Below are positions 14,132 through 27,753 of a DNA stretch of 64,000 bases, piece by piece (positions within the stretch are counted from its first letter, which is position 1; each line of letters opens with the position of its first letter). Where the stretch lies: positions 558,001 through 622,000 of the forward strand of contig NC_090599.1 in NCBI RefSeq assembly GCF_000497125.1, in the 5' to 3' direction. The stretch is from Spironucleus salmonicida. Taxonomy: Eukaryota. The translations under genes were made by a program, and so were the position numbers. Below the pieces are notes generated by a model. That model searched no databases and had not been told where the DNA came from. It was given only the letters and a program-made list of their open reading frames with translations.

Positions 14132-14552
14132 TGATTTAAAATGGGTATGCTTTCTTATTAAGTATATAATAATTATAAAATTTAGAAAGAAAGTATATAT
14201 TTACTTTGAAAAGAAATATTAGTTATAACTTGTAATTTTGGTTCTTAATCATCATATTGTTATAGCTAATAAATTAAAGGTTCAATATTGGTATTTTTAA
14301 CATTAAAATATAATCTAGTCTAAAAAGACTATATATCAGGTAAAACTCGATTTTTGGTTTTACATTATAATTTTGGTACAATTATATAAATTTATACTAT
14401 ATATCAATTGATAAATCAAAGGGAATCGTTTAATTACATTGAAGTAGAGTAATTAAATTCAACTTGATATTTATAAGTAATCTAAATTCTTATTTCAATA
14501 ATATTATATATTTTAGCTACTAAAAAACATATTTCCCCCTTCCTTTACAATT

Positions 14553-17500
14553 ATGGGTGTTCCACGTTTAAATCGTTTCATTTGTGAACGCTTTCCGTAT
14601 GCCATACGCTCTGTAACTAGAAACTCTCATCAAGTAGATCATCTTTACATAGATTTTAACGGTCTTATACATGAATCTACCTTGCGGTCTTCGTATGCAT
14701 CAATTAACCGTGCAGAGGATGTTGTTTTCTAATAAACTTTTTCTTATTTTTTATATATTGTAGAATTATTAGCTCCAAAGACAGTTTATATAGCAATAGA
14801 TGGTGCAGCTCCTTCTGCAAAGATTAGGTAACAACGTTAGCGTCGTGTTTTTGGTGCAATCCAGGCTGACTCTTAATCAGCCTATAGAAGGAATATAGGA
14901 GGATATGGGGATATGTTTAATAAAGTAAAGTCGGTTTCTGGAGCTGAAATTACACCTGGTACTGAATTTATGTCTCGCCTTCAATCATTTTTAGTTTTGA
15001 AAATTGCTGAAAGTATTGATTCAGATATTTTACAATGTAGTGTAGAATTTTCTGGTTCTGATGAACCAGGTGAAGGTGAACATAAAATTCTTAATGAGAT
15101 TAGGCGCAATATCCGTAATGTTGATGTTGGAAATTATTTTACGAATTCAACAAAGTATATACCTGAAGTTATCTTTAAGAAAAAGTTAAAGTTAAATGAC
15201 TAAAATTAAGTTGATATGCCGGTTCAAGATGTTTCTTAGTAAAAGGTGGTTACAGTAAATACTGAAATTGATGATTAAATAGATTTTACTTAAAAAAATG
15301 ATTTAAATTCAAATGAAGAACCATTAAAAATCCCTAGTCATTGTGTTTTTGGTTTAGATGGAGATCTTATTTTGCTTCTTCTAGGTCTTAATATTCCTGA
15401 GATTACTTTAGTCAAACGTTTTACTGGGTTATTCGTCTCTGATTTTGAGTCTGTATAAGAATCGAAGAATGATCCATGGAATAATGGCATCATAGCAATG
15501 GATATAGACTCTGTAAGAGAAGGCATAATTTACGAAATTCTTTAGAATCATTTTGAAGACGAGTAATAACTGATTAATCTTTGTGAAACATTTTTCCCAT
15601 AGAATTCATTTTTAGCAGAGTTTAAGTTGAAAACATCATCAATGCAAATGCCTTCTCAGTTCAGGTAGTTTGTTATAGAAAAACTAATTTGGGCTGATGT
15701 ATCATCTCGAATTATTCACGATTTTATTGCTCTTGCTTTATTTGTTGGTAATGATTTTTTACCAGAAGTACCAGGTTAGTCGATTAAGAATGGTGCTTTA
15801 GATTAATTTATTGATCTTTATAAATAAGAAAATGTAAAGAAGTTACCTTTTAAATTTTTACTCAGTTAACGGAAGCAAATAGATCTGTCTCAGATATGCT
15901 AAATGTTTACTGTAATCGGAGATAAGATTGAATTTAAATAAGTATTATAAGATATTAAAAATTTTTCTTAGTTAGCATCTAAGGTAAAGGAACTTTCCGA
16001 TAATTTTAAGGCGCATATCATAGAGGAATATTAATAGCTAAAGGATGATATAAGTATTGATATTTTGAACAATTTGAGAACAGCAAATATTAATAAAATT
16101 TAAAATGATAATAGAATTAAGCCTGTTGTTATGAATTATTATAGGTAAAAATATTACGCTAAATTTGACTAATTAAACATTAAAAATCAGATAAGATGTC
16201 CAGTAGGTCTTAACAAAAAGTAATTGAAAAGTTTAGCAATTCTAGATCATTATGAAAATCTTATTGAACTGAATCAACCAATTTCTCATGAACATAAAAC
16301 GTATATTAAAGATAATATGACGTGTTTAGCATTCAAAGGTATGCATAATCTCATCAGAACTTATTTAAAAACAATGTAATGGGTAATAGATTATTATCTT
16401 GATCCTTAAGGCATAACGTAGTGGAACTGGGAATTTCCATATCCATTTACACCTCTGTGTTCAGATATGGGAGTCTATTGCAAGTTATTTGCATTAGATA
16501 TTTAAATATGGAATGAAGAAGTTATATTAGATAAAAAACTAAATAAAATCATGGATGCAAATAGGCAGAAGGTAGAAAGTGTTCATGATATTGAATTTGA
16601 TTGTGTTGAATCAAGTTAGTCATCCGGAATTGGTGATGTTGAAAATATAGATGCAGATACAGGTGATCTAGAAATGGGACTGTTAAAAGGATATGTAGGC
16701 CCTTAATTTTTATTCACTAAAGATAAACCACATGATGTCTTAACTGCACTCATTTTCACACTATCCAAATAAAAAATGAATCTTGTTCCTTAGGAGATAT
16801 TATAAAAAATAGATAAGTAATTTTTTGATTCCTAACCCACTTATAAAAATGTTAATATTATTCATTATGAATCAGCATTTTAATCTTTAAATTAAACGAT
16901 GGATTTAAGTAGACCAAACCTAAATTTCTTAGATAAAAGGGGTCAAACTACATTAGGATTTGGTTGGACTCCGAATTTTACAGTATTTTATAAGCATTAT
17001 CCAATAGGTTTGACTGATGGAATAGATTTTGTAAAAGTAGAAAAAATGCTGGAAAAAGTAGACTAAAATACACCTTACTATTAAGCATTTTATTAGTCTA
17101 TAGGGAATATTATTATAGCAAAGAATACTGTACGGAACGATCCTATATAGAGTAAACTAGATAAATTTTAACTTGTTGCTAGCCCCGGAACTTGTATAGA
17201 GATTAATAAGTCAAAAGCTTCAATTGATCCTAAACATATTGTTATTCTGCCTCTATTAAATAAGAAGTTATCGTAGACTTTTATTTATATTCCTAAGTCA
17301 ACAAGTTTATAGGTTTTAAACAGTGTTTTTTATGCCAGCTTTTTTAAATTTGAGCAAAAATAGATCCCAATTTTTGATAGAACCTTCGTTTCTAAGTATA
17401 GAGGTCTTCATTTGATAAATGAAAACGCATAATAATTTTCAAAATAAAATCAACAGCTAAATATTATTAGTTAAGGTATTCGAGGCAACTGCTTAAAGAG

Positions 17501-19358
17501 TTCAATTTCTATTCAAAAATCTAAATCTATTTTATAAGAATAACATAACACAAACTTCTCTAACTCTTTATCTTTAACTAATGAAATTGATGCCTTTATT
17601 GAGGATTACATACAATTTGATGTTCATCCTCATAAATAGTAACCTTAAATTATACCAGACCACATTATAACTGAAATAGAAGAACACATTGAAGTAAAAT
17701 ACGATACTAATTAGTTAGTATCATATGAAAATGATTATTATGGCTAGATATTAGGCTATTTTTGTAATAACTAACTGTTCCTTAGGACGTTTACTAATAT
17801 CAATTCGAACATAGTGTTAGGCTCTTTTTCAGAGCAAACATTTATTGCTGAAAAAGTTCTTTAATAACTTAAAATTACTATCCCATTAAAATAAGTTATT
17901 TATAACAAGTAGACAGCATATTATACATAATCAAAAGGTAGAAGTATTTCGGATGCATAAGAAATAATTGTTTTCTTAATTAATGAAAAATTTGTATCCC
18001 ATGAGGCATGGCTTATGGCACTATTTTAAACAGATCAACTTAACCCTTCACACTTTAGCTCTTTGGCATTTTTAGATTAACTTCCAGTTACATTTTCACC
18101 TCTTTATCTGCTTCATAGAAAAACTCAGAGAACTTAATTTTTAAGATCTAGAATAGAAAAGTTCGCATTTGTTGTATCATCAAATTAAGAACTTTCAACT
18201 ATATTATTAGATTAACAAACTACATTTTTAAGCGATAAAAATTAAATTTTAATATCTAAATTTACTGACAAGGTAGCGTAAGAGTTATCTTCGGTTTTAA
18301 TTGGAAATTTCAATCGTATTATACCTAAAAAAGCTATTAAACAACATTATAAGAATAATGCATTTAATCAAGTAATTTCACGCAGTTTCGACTTTAATTT
18401 GCCGAAATTATGTTTACCAGACACTGCATCATTATCATACTCTCAGTCTATAGTAGACATATAAGTTTTATAAAAAGCACTCTAAATTAAAGTATCATAA
18501 AAAGTTTTATTTTCACTTCTTTCTTATTAAAATATGACATGTGTAGACCGTGCATCAAGAGATTTAGGATTAAATGTTTATACTAAAGAGTTTTATGACC
18601 CTAATTACATTCATAATGGAAAGATAACTAAACGATGCGCCTTAGCGCTGATTTTCATTTGTAGAGCATTCCCTAAACTTGTTAAGAGAATTGTTTGCCT
18701 GCGTGAAAATGGAAATAAACTTGATCATCAAGCATTTGATTGCGGAACAAAAGACGAGAACTTCCTAAATTTAGGAGACGTTTAAACTTATAATTTCAAT
18801 CAAAACTAACTTCCAATTTATGACTAAACGCCAGACTCCTAGCTTCAATTAGCAAATATTATATCAGTTATGAGCTTGTATATATAGAAATTTATTGTTC
18901 CTTTAGAAAAGAAAATGTTAATACCTAGATCATTTTAGCACTATTCTGGAGATATTGTAAAATCACTTTCAGAATTCACCTAAAACGTCAGCCTAGTGAA
19001 GTCTGATATAAAATCTGAAATTCCTAATCGTGAAGCTTTCAAATTCGCACTTGGAGATGTTATCTTTTCGGCAAAGTTCGGTATATGTGCAGTAGTAGGT
19101 ATAAGTGGAACTAAATTTAGATTTGTAGCAAATAGACATTTATATAACTATAATGATTGCTATTAATTTAATGCTTATGAAGATACTTTGGGTGAAAAGG
19201 GTTATTACCTTCTTAAAAAAGGTTTAGTAAAGCTTACTGAAAATTATGAAGAATTTAATATTGGTGCTTGGAAAAGATTCGTTATTGATGAATCCAAAGA
19301 AATTGATCAATGGCTTGTAGCTGAAAAAAATGATGGATTTTCCATCTCATTTGATTGA
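14553..19358 (+). CDS. XRN1: 5'-3' exoribonuclease XRN1 family (~1600 aa)
   Basis: MGVP start, LYIDFNGLIH, AIDGAAPSAKIRQQRQRR, ITPGTEFM, SGSDEPGEGEHKI, GLDGDLILL, GNDFLP motifs; the long C-terminus favours XRN1 over XRN2. Confidence 0.9.
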
Positions 19359-19592
19359 TTAATTAATTTGATTTCATATAAAATACTAGTTATCTATTAT
19401 TTTTTATTATCTACTATTAACATTTATTTATATATATAATATAAGTTTTAAGTCTTACTAAATATATTATTATATAATATTATTTACAATTTATTCTATT
19501 TGTATATTTTTCAAAATAAATATCGTATTAGCTAGTATAAAATAATTATTATCTCCATAACGTTTGTGCTTTTTACCTTTCCTTGAACTGAA

Positions 19593-21020
19593 ATGGCAGC
19601 TGAACTTAAAGATTAAGGAAACAAGTACTTTTTATCTGGGGATTATGCTCTTTCTCAGACATTATATACCTAAGCTCTTGATATAGAACCTGAAAGCCCG
19701 ATTATTCTTTCTAATAGAGCTAACGCTAACTTTATGCTTGGGGATTTTCTTCCTGCTGAGCAAGATGCATTAAAAGCTGTATAGATAGATCCTTAATATG
19801 TAAAAGGGTACTGGCGCCTTGCAGAGATTTATTCATGCACTACAAAGCAATAATAAGCTCTCGAAATGTATAGAAAAGCTCATGATATTTTACCTAATAA
19901 TAAGAAAATTGCCCTCGCCCTTACCAGTGCTATTTAAGTCGTTGGTCGTAGTAAAGCACCTAATCTTCTTAAAGGTCTTTCTGACATTCCAGTCCGTAAC
20001 TTAAATGATTTCATTAAATATTAAAATGCTAATAACCAGCTTGCTAATCCATACACAGCAAATTCTACTGGTCCTGAATCAGTAAATGAAGATGGCCGGC
20101 AATATAGATTTGATATTGAAAATAATATAGTTGGACTTTTTGAAGAATTATCATCCGGTAGATTCTTACATTCATAAGAAGTTTTCAGACTTATTCATAA
20201 GGCTGGTGAAGTAATCAACCCGCTGAAAGCAGTATCTGAATTTTCTTTCAATTCTAAGCTCTTCATTATAGGTGATATTCATGGTTCATTACCTGACTTT
20301 AAATAAATATTTAATGTTCATATTAAACTTAATGAATTCGATAAAAGTGATGATTCGATACTCATTTTAGGTGACTATGTTGACCGTGGTGATTTTGGCC
20401 ACTAAGTTGTTCTTTTCTTTGCTGCACTTAAAATTAAATATCCTAACAGAGTCCATATGATCCGTGGAAATCATGAAACCCCTCAAATGAACAGTTTCTT
20501 TGGTTATTAGTAACAAATTGAAAACAACTATGGTACGAAATCTGGTGTTTTCAGTTTCATGACTCAGTTTTTCGCTAATTTACCATTATCATATATTTTT
20601 ACAGATAATATTAGTAAAAATCGCTTCTTTGCTTGCCATGGAGGACCTCCAGTCAAGACCGAAGATTTTATGTCGTGCATTCCTGAGAAAACCATAGAAC
20701 CAAGCGACGAAGTAAGCTAATAATTGCTTTGGAATGATCCTAACAAGGACGGAAGCTCCGGTATGAGGCCAAGCCACAGAGGCGTAGGCGTTATATTTGG
20801 TAAGGACTTGAATTCCAATTTCTGTGCAAAGTACGGATTTTAAAGAATTTTCAGAGGGCACGAGGTGGTTTACGAAGCAGGAGGCGTCAAAGACGATTTC
20901 AACGACGGCAAGCACATCACCGTATTCTCTAGCTCCCATTACATGGGACAGGGCAACTATGGCGGAATGGCGCTTCTGGAAGCCGGGCAGGAAGGCTGGA
21001 AAGTCATCAAAACGATGTGA
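19593..21020 (+). CDS. PPP5: Ser/Thr protein phosphatase 5-like (TPR + PPP domain), 475 aa
   Basis: AELKDQGNKYF...SNRANAN...YVKGYWR TPRs; GDIHG, GDYVDRG, RGNHE, CHGG and LLWND motifs. Confidence 0.88.
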
Positions 21021-21153
21021 TTGGCGTTATTCACGCACTTAGCTCAATATTATTTTAGCAGGCTCACGGTATCCATGCGCCTGCTGACCGCACATAAGCC
21101 TAGTCCCTTTCCTCAATTTCGCGCTCAAACGCACCGCCAATCCACCTCGAAAC

Positions 21154-21897
21154 TCACAAAATCGCGTCCTAGTTGTCAAAGCGCACCCGCGTCTGTTTCA
21201 GCCGAAAGCGCGCCAGGTGGTCTGCCAGCGCCTCGCGCCTGTCGTAGAAATCGGCCTCGAATGGCACGTCCACGACGCTGGGCAGCACGTTCCGCTCGAC
21301 CCGGAGGCGCACGAAATCCAAGACCGTGTACAGGGCCAGAAACAGCTCCACGAGGACCGCCGTGTACGCGAAATGGAGCTTCGAGTAGAACGTCAGGTCG
21401 GCCACTTTGGAGGCCATGCTGGCGTAGAAGCTCAGTCCCAGCAGGTTGAAAAACAGCGTCAGGTAGCTCTGTGCAAAGCTGAACCCCTGGTGCGCAAATC
21501 GGTCGTAGCGCTGAAAAACGAGCGGCAGGACGTTGCTGGCGCTGGTGAGCGCTAAAATGGCAATTTTGATCGACTGTGGTACGATTTGGTGCTTGGCGAT
21601 CAGGTAAATGACTTCTGCGGCTGCGCAAAAGCCACACAGGAAGCACGCGTAGAAGAAGCGAAATTTGGCGTAGCTGCGTGATGTAATACCAGAAAAGTAC
21701 TCCAGAACGTGCGGTGTGCAGCTCTTCAAGTTGAACCGCTCCGCGATTAGAATTTTAGGCGTGAAAATTGTAAAGAAGAATACGCCTGAGAAGGTCAGAT
21801 AAGCGCAGGAAAGACCTAAGTAGAATACGCCCTACTTGAGAATACCCAGCTCGGCGGCTTGCGAAATTTGGGGTGCCGGAAATGGTATAGTTGACAT
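21154..21897 (-). CDS. Multi-pass membrane protein (247 aa), function unknown
   Basis: Extends track ORF 21169-21729 in code 6; several hydrophobic helices. Confidence 0.7.
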
Positions 21898-22273
21898 TTT
21901 ACTAATATATTAAATTAATTATATAATAATGGTAGTAATTGTTGGGGGACTGATTACACAAATGTGATATTTCTAGTATAAAAATCAGTTTTATTAATAA
22001 CGGTAAGTTGAGTATATATTTGAGTATCATGGAATCTATATTTTACGGTGATAATATACATATATATAGTAATAATATAAAAAATTGAAATTTTAAATGT
22101 TTGTTTTACTAAGCTTTATAATGATAAATATATCATATTTTTATTGAACATTACGTTGACTTCTTCTAGTACATTTATTTATTTTAAATATAAAACATAT
22201 TAAAAAACAAAAACAATGTACTTATGACATTATGGTGTATATAAAAATTAAAATTAAATTGTTGTCTTGTAAA

Positions 22274-23851
22274 ATGTTAATTTTGCTGTCTGATGTAACT
22301 ACGTGTTTCGATGACACAGCAAAACTAATTGGAATCGTTTAATAGTTTTAATACAATATGAAAGTAGTAAATGCAAAACCATCCCCGCTTAGATGTTAGG
22401 CTTTTAATAATACTGAGTCAACCGCTACTCTTAGTTATATGGATAGTACGGCCAAGACAATAGAAACCAAATTCATATATTTTTCTGATAGACCAATTGA
22501 AATTTAATTCAAAAGTGTAGATGAAACTGTCTTTAAGACAATGGCGGCTTTATCTATTATTTCTTATTCAGTGAAGCTTTCAAACGAATTAGATGTCTCT
22601 GGAACCTTTTCATTGATTTAAAATACTTTAGTAAATACTTCAAATTGTTGGAATACCATGACTCTAAATTATTCTAGAAGTGGTGATTCCTCATACTTAA
22701 ATCTATCTGCGGATCCTAATGATTGTATTATCACAGACCCAACCGCGAAATTTTAGTATTAGGTCGATAGTGTTTGGTATAACGTAGATATAGCACCTTT
22801 AGCATCAGCACCTTCAGATTATGAAGGATACAAAACACCTTTCGAACATATTAAAACTAAGTTTTATAGAGTTAATTTGACAGACTCAGCAGATGATGTT
22901 AAGAAGTAAATAGAAGATTTTTACGTTTAATTTTCTAAAAATAGAGCAATAAAAATGCGACTATTTTTAGAATTTACATAAACTGGCTCTAAATTAAAAC
23001 AATAAATATTTAGCCCTATAAGCAATATAGTTACAGTTAGTAATGAATGTTAAACTGCAATTAGTGGATTTGGAACAATTTCATCAGAATTTTTTTAAGT
23101 AGTAGGTGACTTAACTAAGTTAAGTACTTGTATAAATAATATAGCTACGGTACAATCTTCTATGGTGCTAGGAAATATATAATTATATGATGATAGATTA
23201 TTCAGTGTTATGGTTGGAATGGCTACGCTTATGTTCAAATTTTCATCTCCCTAGGATGCAATGCTCGAGTTACCATCTTCCCCAAACGCGTTAGTTATCA
23301 TGAGCTTCCTCGATGCTGATGGAAAAGTGGTTCGCGAAGAAGCAAAAGAGTACACTATCAGCCTCTCGTGCTTCTACAAGATTAGCGCAATAATTTCATA
23401 CGCCGAGACCTGTATTGTATTCTTCCCGGTGCAGACAGATAGGTGCGTATAACTTTACTCAAAAGCTGCGAAGACTCGGTTCCAGCAGATTTTGCAGGCC
23501 GATGCCGCCACAGCAAGCCGCCTGATCTACCAGGTATACGAATTCACGATGCCGTTCGAGTCAGTCCCCTACTTCCGGACCTGCCTGCGCGAAAACACTA
23601 CCTCTATGAACACCACGTTTACGTTCTTCCAAGGCTCCTACAGCGCACGGCAGCACGCCTTCGTGGACACCCTGAAGACCTCGTTCCAGCCGCTCGTCAT
23701 GTTCAACAACGACTACGACTTCCAGTTCCAGTACGTGGTGGGAATCGACCAGACCAGCCTGATAGCGATGCCCGTCAGCATCATCCTGGTGGTGCTGTTC
23801 ATCACCGTGGGCACCGTGTTCGCGGTACTGATAGTCAGGCTCAGCCAGTGA
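22274..23851 (+). CDS. Type I membrane/surface protein family A, copy 1 (525 aa)
   Basis: Hydrophobic N-terminus, Cys-spaced ectodomain, C-terminal TM (IILVVLFITVGTVFAVLIV); joins track ORFs 23261 and 23492. Confidence 0.85.
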
Positions 23852-24975
23852 GACTGTGATGTGACTTTTTTGTCTACTGGGAACTCCCGCCCGCGCTAAC
23901 CCAAAACCCTCACTTCTCGCCCCAGAGCCTCCTGCCCCAGCCGTACACCTGCGCCCGCACCATGTCGTCGCTGATCTGCTCCTTCACCCGCTGGTGCTCG
24001 CCCACGATGCCCTGGACTAGCGCGATGAGCTCCGCCTTCACCTCGCCGGTGAGCATCTCGCCCTTCTGGTAGCGCGCCTTGATCGAGTCCAGCCTCGCCT
24101 GGTCGTCCATGAACACCTCCAGGTACTGGACGCTGACGTCGATGGCGAGGTTGGCGCCGAACTCGCGCTGCTCCTCCACGGTGGCCCTGCCGCCGCTGAA
24201 CGCGAACTTGTTGATCTTCTTCTTGATCTGGGCTGCCGAGTCGTCCATGTATACCGCGCTCTGGGGATCTGATGCGGACATCTTGCTGTTCACGCCCTGG
24301 AGCGCCGGGATGAACGAGTTGTAGATCGTGGCCGGCTTCTGCAGGCCGAGCCTCGGGGCGATGTCCCGGGCCACGCGCCAGTAGGGCTCCTGCTCGTAGC
24401 CGCAGGGGATGAGGCAGAAGGGGGTGAGCTCGATGGGCGTCTGGCCCTGCTGGCTGAGCCTCCTCTGCTCGAACTGCTTCTTGGTCTCTCCCTCCTTCTG
24501 GGCGAGCGGGGCGATGGCCACGTCCGTCCTGGCGGCCCGCCAGGCCTTGCAGTACGCCTCCGTGAAGATGTGAGGGAAGGCCTGCGAGAAGGCGGGCTGC
24601 ATCTGCTTCGCGGGGAACGAGACGTAGCCCACGTTCTGGACGTCCGAGAACCCGAAGGCCCCGCGCAGCTGCGAGAGCGTGATGGCGCGCTCGAATACGC
24701 AGGAGAACTTGTATACGCTGCCGATGTACGCCGTGTTCAGGTAGATGAAAGTGCGCTCCTGGTCGAACTTGCAGGCCAGGATGTCCCTGATGTTGGACAG
24801 CGCGAACTCGTGGATCTGCTCGAACGAGAGCGTGGGGTCCCGCAGCAGCTTCTCGTCGTCCGTGATCTGGATGACCAGCGGGCAGCCGAACGCCTGCTGC
24901 AGGTACCGGCAGAAGTAGAACGGAATCATGTGGCCCAGGTGCAGGGCCGCAGAGGATGGGCCACGTCCGGTATAT
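23189..24975. repeat. Left arm of 1787-bp near-perfect inverted repeat (partner 41588-43374)
   Basis: Reverse-complement match by eye, with paired coordinates summing to 66563; four mismatches found. Confidence 0.95.
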
Positions 24976-25196
24976 AGATATACTGGACGACCCTGTTCAA
25001 AAGCATCCAAAAATAAATCAAAATCACGATGGGAAAAATAAAGAAAACGTGATAATAATGGATGCGGTTTTGAATTCGTAAGTTTATAAAATCTATCAAT
25101 TATCTCTTAGTTCAATTCGGAAACTCCAAAATTTTCGATAATTTAATTTTTAGATAATGAAGCAGTGGCTGCTGTCGCATCGATCTCTTTTGACAT
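23910..25196 (-). CDS. WARS: Tryptophanyl-tRNA synthetase (eukaryotic/archaeal type), intact copy, 428 aa
   Basis: YLYTGRGPSS, HLGH, QITDDEK, KMSAS and KINKFAFSGG motifs; ATG 25196 preceded by CCACTCC. Confidence 0.97.
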
Positions 25197-26697
25197 TTAG
25201 TTTAGGGAGTGGAAAGAAGATTATAATTTATATAATTTATATAATAATAATTAATAAAAATGAAATCTATATTACTAAAATTATACTTACTTCTTCTTTC
25301 ACTGTAATAAGTTGAATAAATTTCAGTATTATAATTATTGCTAATAATTTTTACATTTTTATCTAGCTATTCTTTAAATAAAGGATCATAAGCAATCTCA
25401 GTTTCTGAATCTACTCCGCATAGATATTGCTAAAAATGCTAACAAAATTTTCCTTTACGATCATATCATGTGAATCAAATTAACAAATGTGTATCCTCTT
25501 TGGATCATTTTTGCACACTCTTAGATATAGAAATCGGGGATTAGAATTTTTACTATTTCTTTTAAACAGTATTATTACTTACAATATTAGCATTTTGTAA
25601 TCTATTTATTAATATAATAAAACTTTAAACTTAAGATTAATCTATTTTAGTCCTTAACTTAGTTATTTCCATTATAGTGTTTCCCATTAGCTTTTTTCAA
25701 CTATTAAATGCTATTATGACCATAACAACAGGAAAATTATAATAAGAAGAGTATCTTTAAGATGAGTTTGATTTTGGGCTTACTTTAAATTTTTAAAACT
25801 TTACATCAGGGGAATAAATACTTTGGGGAACAGATTTATAAAAAAAAAATTCAAAGTTATACTGGTGGTTAGAAAATGACTATTGGAGTTGCTTTTGATT
25901 AGGTTAATTTTTTGATATATGATTATTTTTATTGTATAAATTAAATTATGATTTATGTATGACTTAAATAAAATAAAGCAAATTGACTGTTACACTGAAT
26001 ATTTACTGAATATTATATAATTGATATCTTTAATTAAAATTAAGTTATTTAAACTGCATAATCAAGAACTTCTACATTTGATAGATCATACTTTAGTTAA
26101 TAGTCTTCTGTTTTTTACTGATTAAACATATTGTTCGTAATTTAAGTAGTGAAAATAGGGCTGATTATAATTTAAAATATATTAAAATACTTAATATCGT
26201 AAATTGAAAATTAATATTTTTTTAATTTTATATAAGGTTTATAACCTATATTTTTAATATTATTTTCATTCAATAAAGCATTTAGGAATAACACAATTTT
26301 TATGAATGAAAAATACATCCTAATAAATTTTGTGCATAAATTAAAATTAAGTATCTGGGTTTATTTACCTCAAAAAGCTAGCACTATAAAGTAAAATAAA
26401 TAACATGAAACTAATCACTACATTAGGCTTTAAAATTAATATATACTTAAATTCAAATTTCATAGTCTATTATTTTTGCAATATTCATAATACTTATATC
26501 AAAATATGTAAAGAATTTATGAAAATACATAATAATTATTTTGATAAAATGTTTTCGCATACATTGCAGTATTGTGACATGTTATTCTAAACCGAGCCAA
26601 GTAATTTAGCAAATTCTCATAATTTTTTAATCTAACTGATACTGCAAATAACATTTAAATTGCACTATTATCATATATGGTTATAGAACCAAAATGT

Positions 26698-27618
26698 TCA
26701 CTGCAAATAATCAACGACATCTCCCTCAATGTTGAATACACTCTTAAAATCCTAACAGATATACTCACCACCTTCGTCTACCTTGTTCTACCGAATTAAC
26801 GTATTTATCTCGTAAATAATATCGCTGTACTTTCTGTAGACTACCTTTTTACCGTATATACCTTTCAACTCGTCAGAAACGCGTAATTCGTGCACAGTGC
26901 AGTTTCGCCGATGCTGGAAGTTCTTCTCATAGTCCTAAATGATTTTTCGCGTCAGCGGGTTCTTGGAGTTCGGGTTTGCCAGGCTCTCTGGGCACTAGCT
27001 GCTTTACAGAGCTGAACGCGGCCGTTAGCTCGAGTATTTAGGCCGTGGCTCAAACGACTCCTCAACGGCCTCTGGTAGATCGTTAGTATCCAGCTGCCTC
27101 CTTTTGACAACGCTAGAACTTTGCGGCTTTGCAGTTAATTTTTTCGATTCAATTTCAACTTTTCGCTCCTTTCTGAAGCATAAAAATTCCAAGCAATCTG
27201 CCATGCCCTAATCTATCCTATAAATACTGCTGTACGGGTCGTTGCGTGCCTTCCGGATTACGATCTGCGGCTTCTCACCGCTTTTTTCGCAGATGAGTTG
27301 CTCGAAATCGCGCAGCATTTCTGTCGGCTCTGCTCGCTTTTTCGCGGCGCTTCTGAGCGTTTCCAGCGCGTTCTGCGGCTTCTTCACCGCCACTTCGAAG
27401 AGGGCCTTGTATGCGTGCAGCTCCGCGTAGGGGGACTGCTGTGTAAGGTTCTGGAGCGAGTCGAGCGCGAAAATGAGCTTTTTTGAACGCAGGGCATCGG
27501 TTTTGATATCCTGTAATTTCAGAAATAGCTGGTGCGTCTTTACTGGCGAAAATTGCGAGGCATGCACGGCAGATGGCAGCGGGATCGTTTTAATTCGATC
27601 AAGAATTTGGGCTTGCAT
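26698..27618 (-). CDS. Hypothetical protein (306 aa) with N-terminal Mps1/Mad3-Bub1-type TPR-like segment
   Basis: Code-6 extension of track ORF 27208-27618, ends CAGTGA; YAELHAYKALFEVAVKKPQNALETLRSAAKKRAEPTEML. Confidence 0.65.
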
Positions 27619-27753
27619 TTTGGTATTACTGATAATTCATATATAATAATATATAAAATAATTTTGGAGAGGGTAGTGTAGAAAAAATAAAATGATGGGA
27701 TGTATAGATTGAAATATGGTGGATAGATGCTGGTTATATAAAGATATAGGGTA

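Noticed and set aside
21021-21646. Several overlapping ORFs (21021-21449, 21217-21555, 21176-21646)
   Set aside because: GC-rich shadows of the membrane-protein gene 21154-21897.
25280-26650. Possible genes in an AT-rich interval
   Set aside because: Several frames are open by chance with only one stop codon; no motif or consistent start was found, so none was called.
26677-27015. Plus-strand code-6 ORF of ~112 aa
   Set aside because: Lies antisense to the longer minus-strand gene 26698-27618, which ends in the typical AGTGA.
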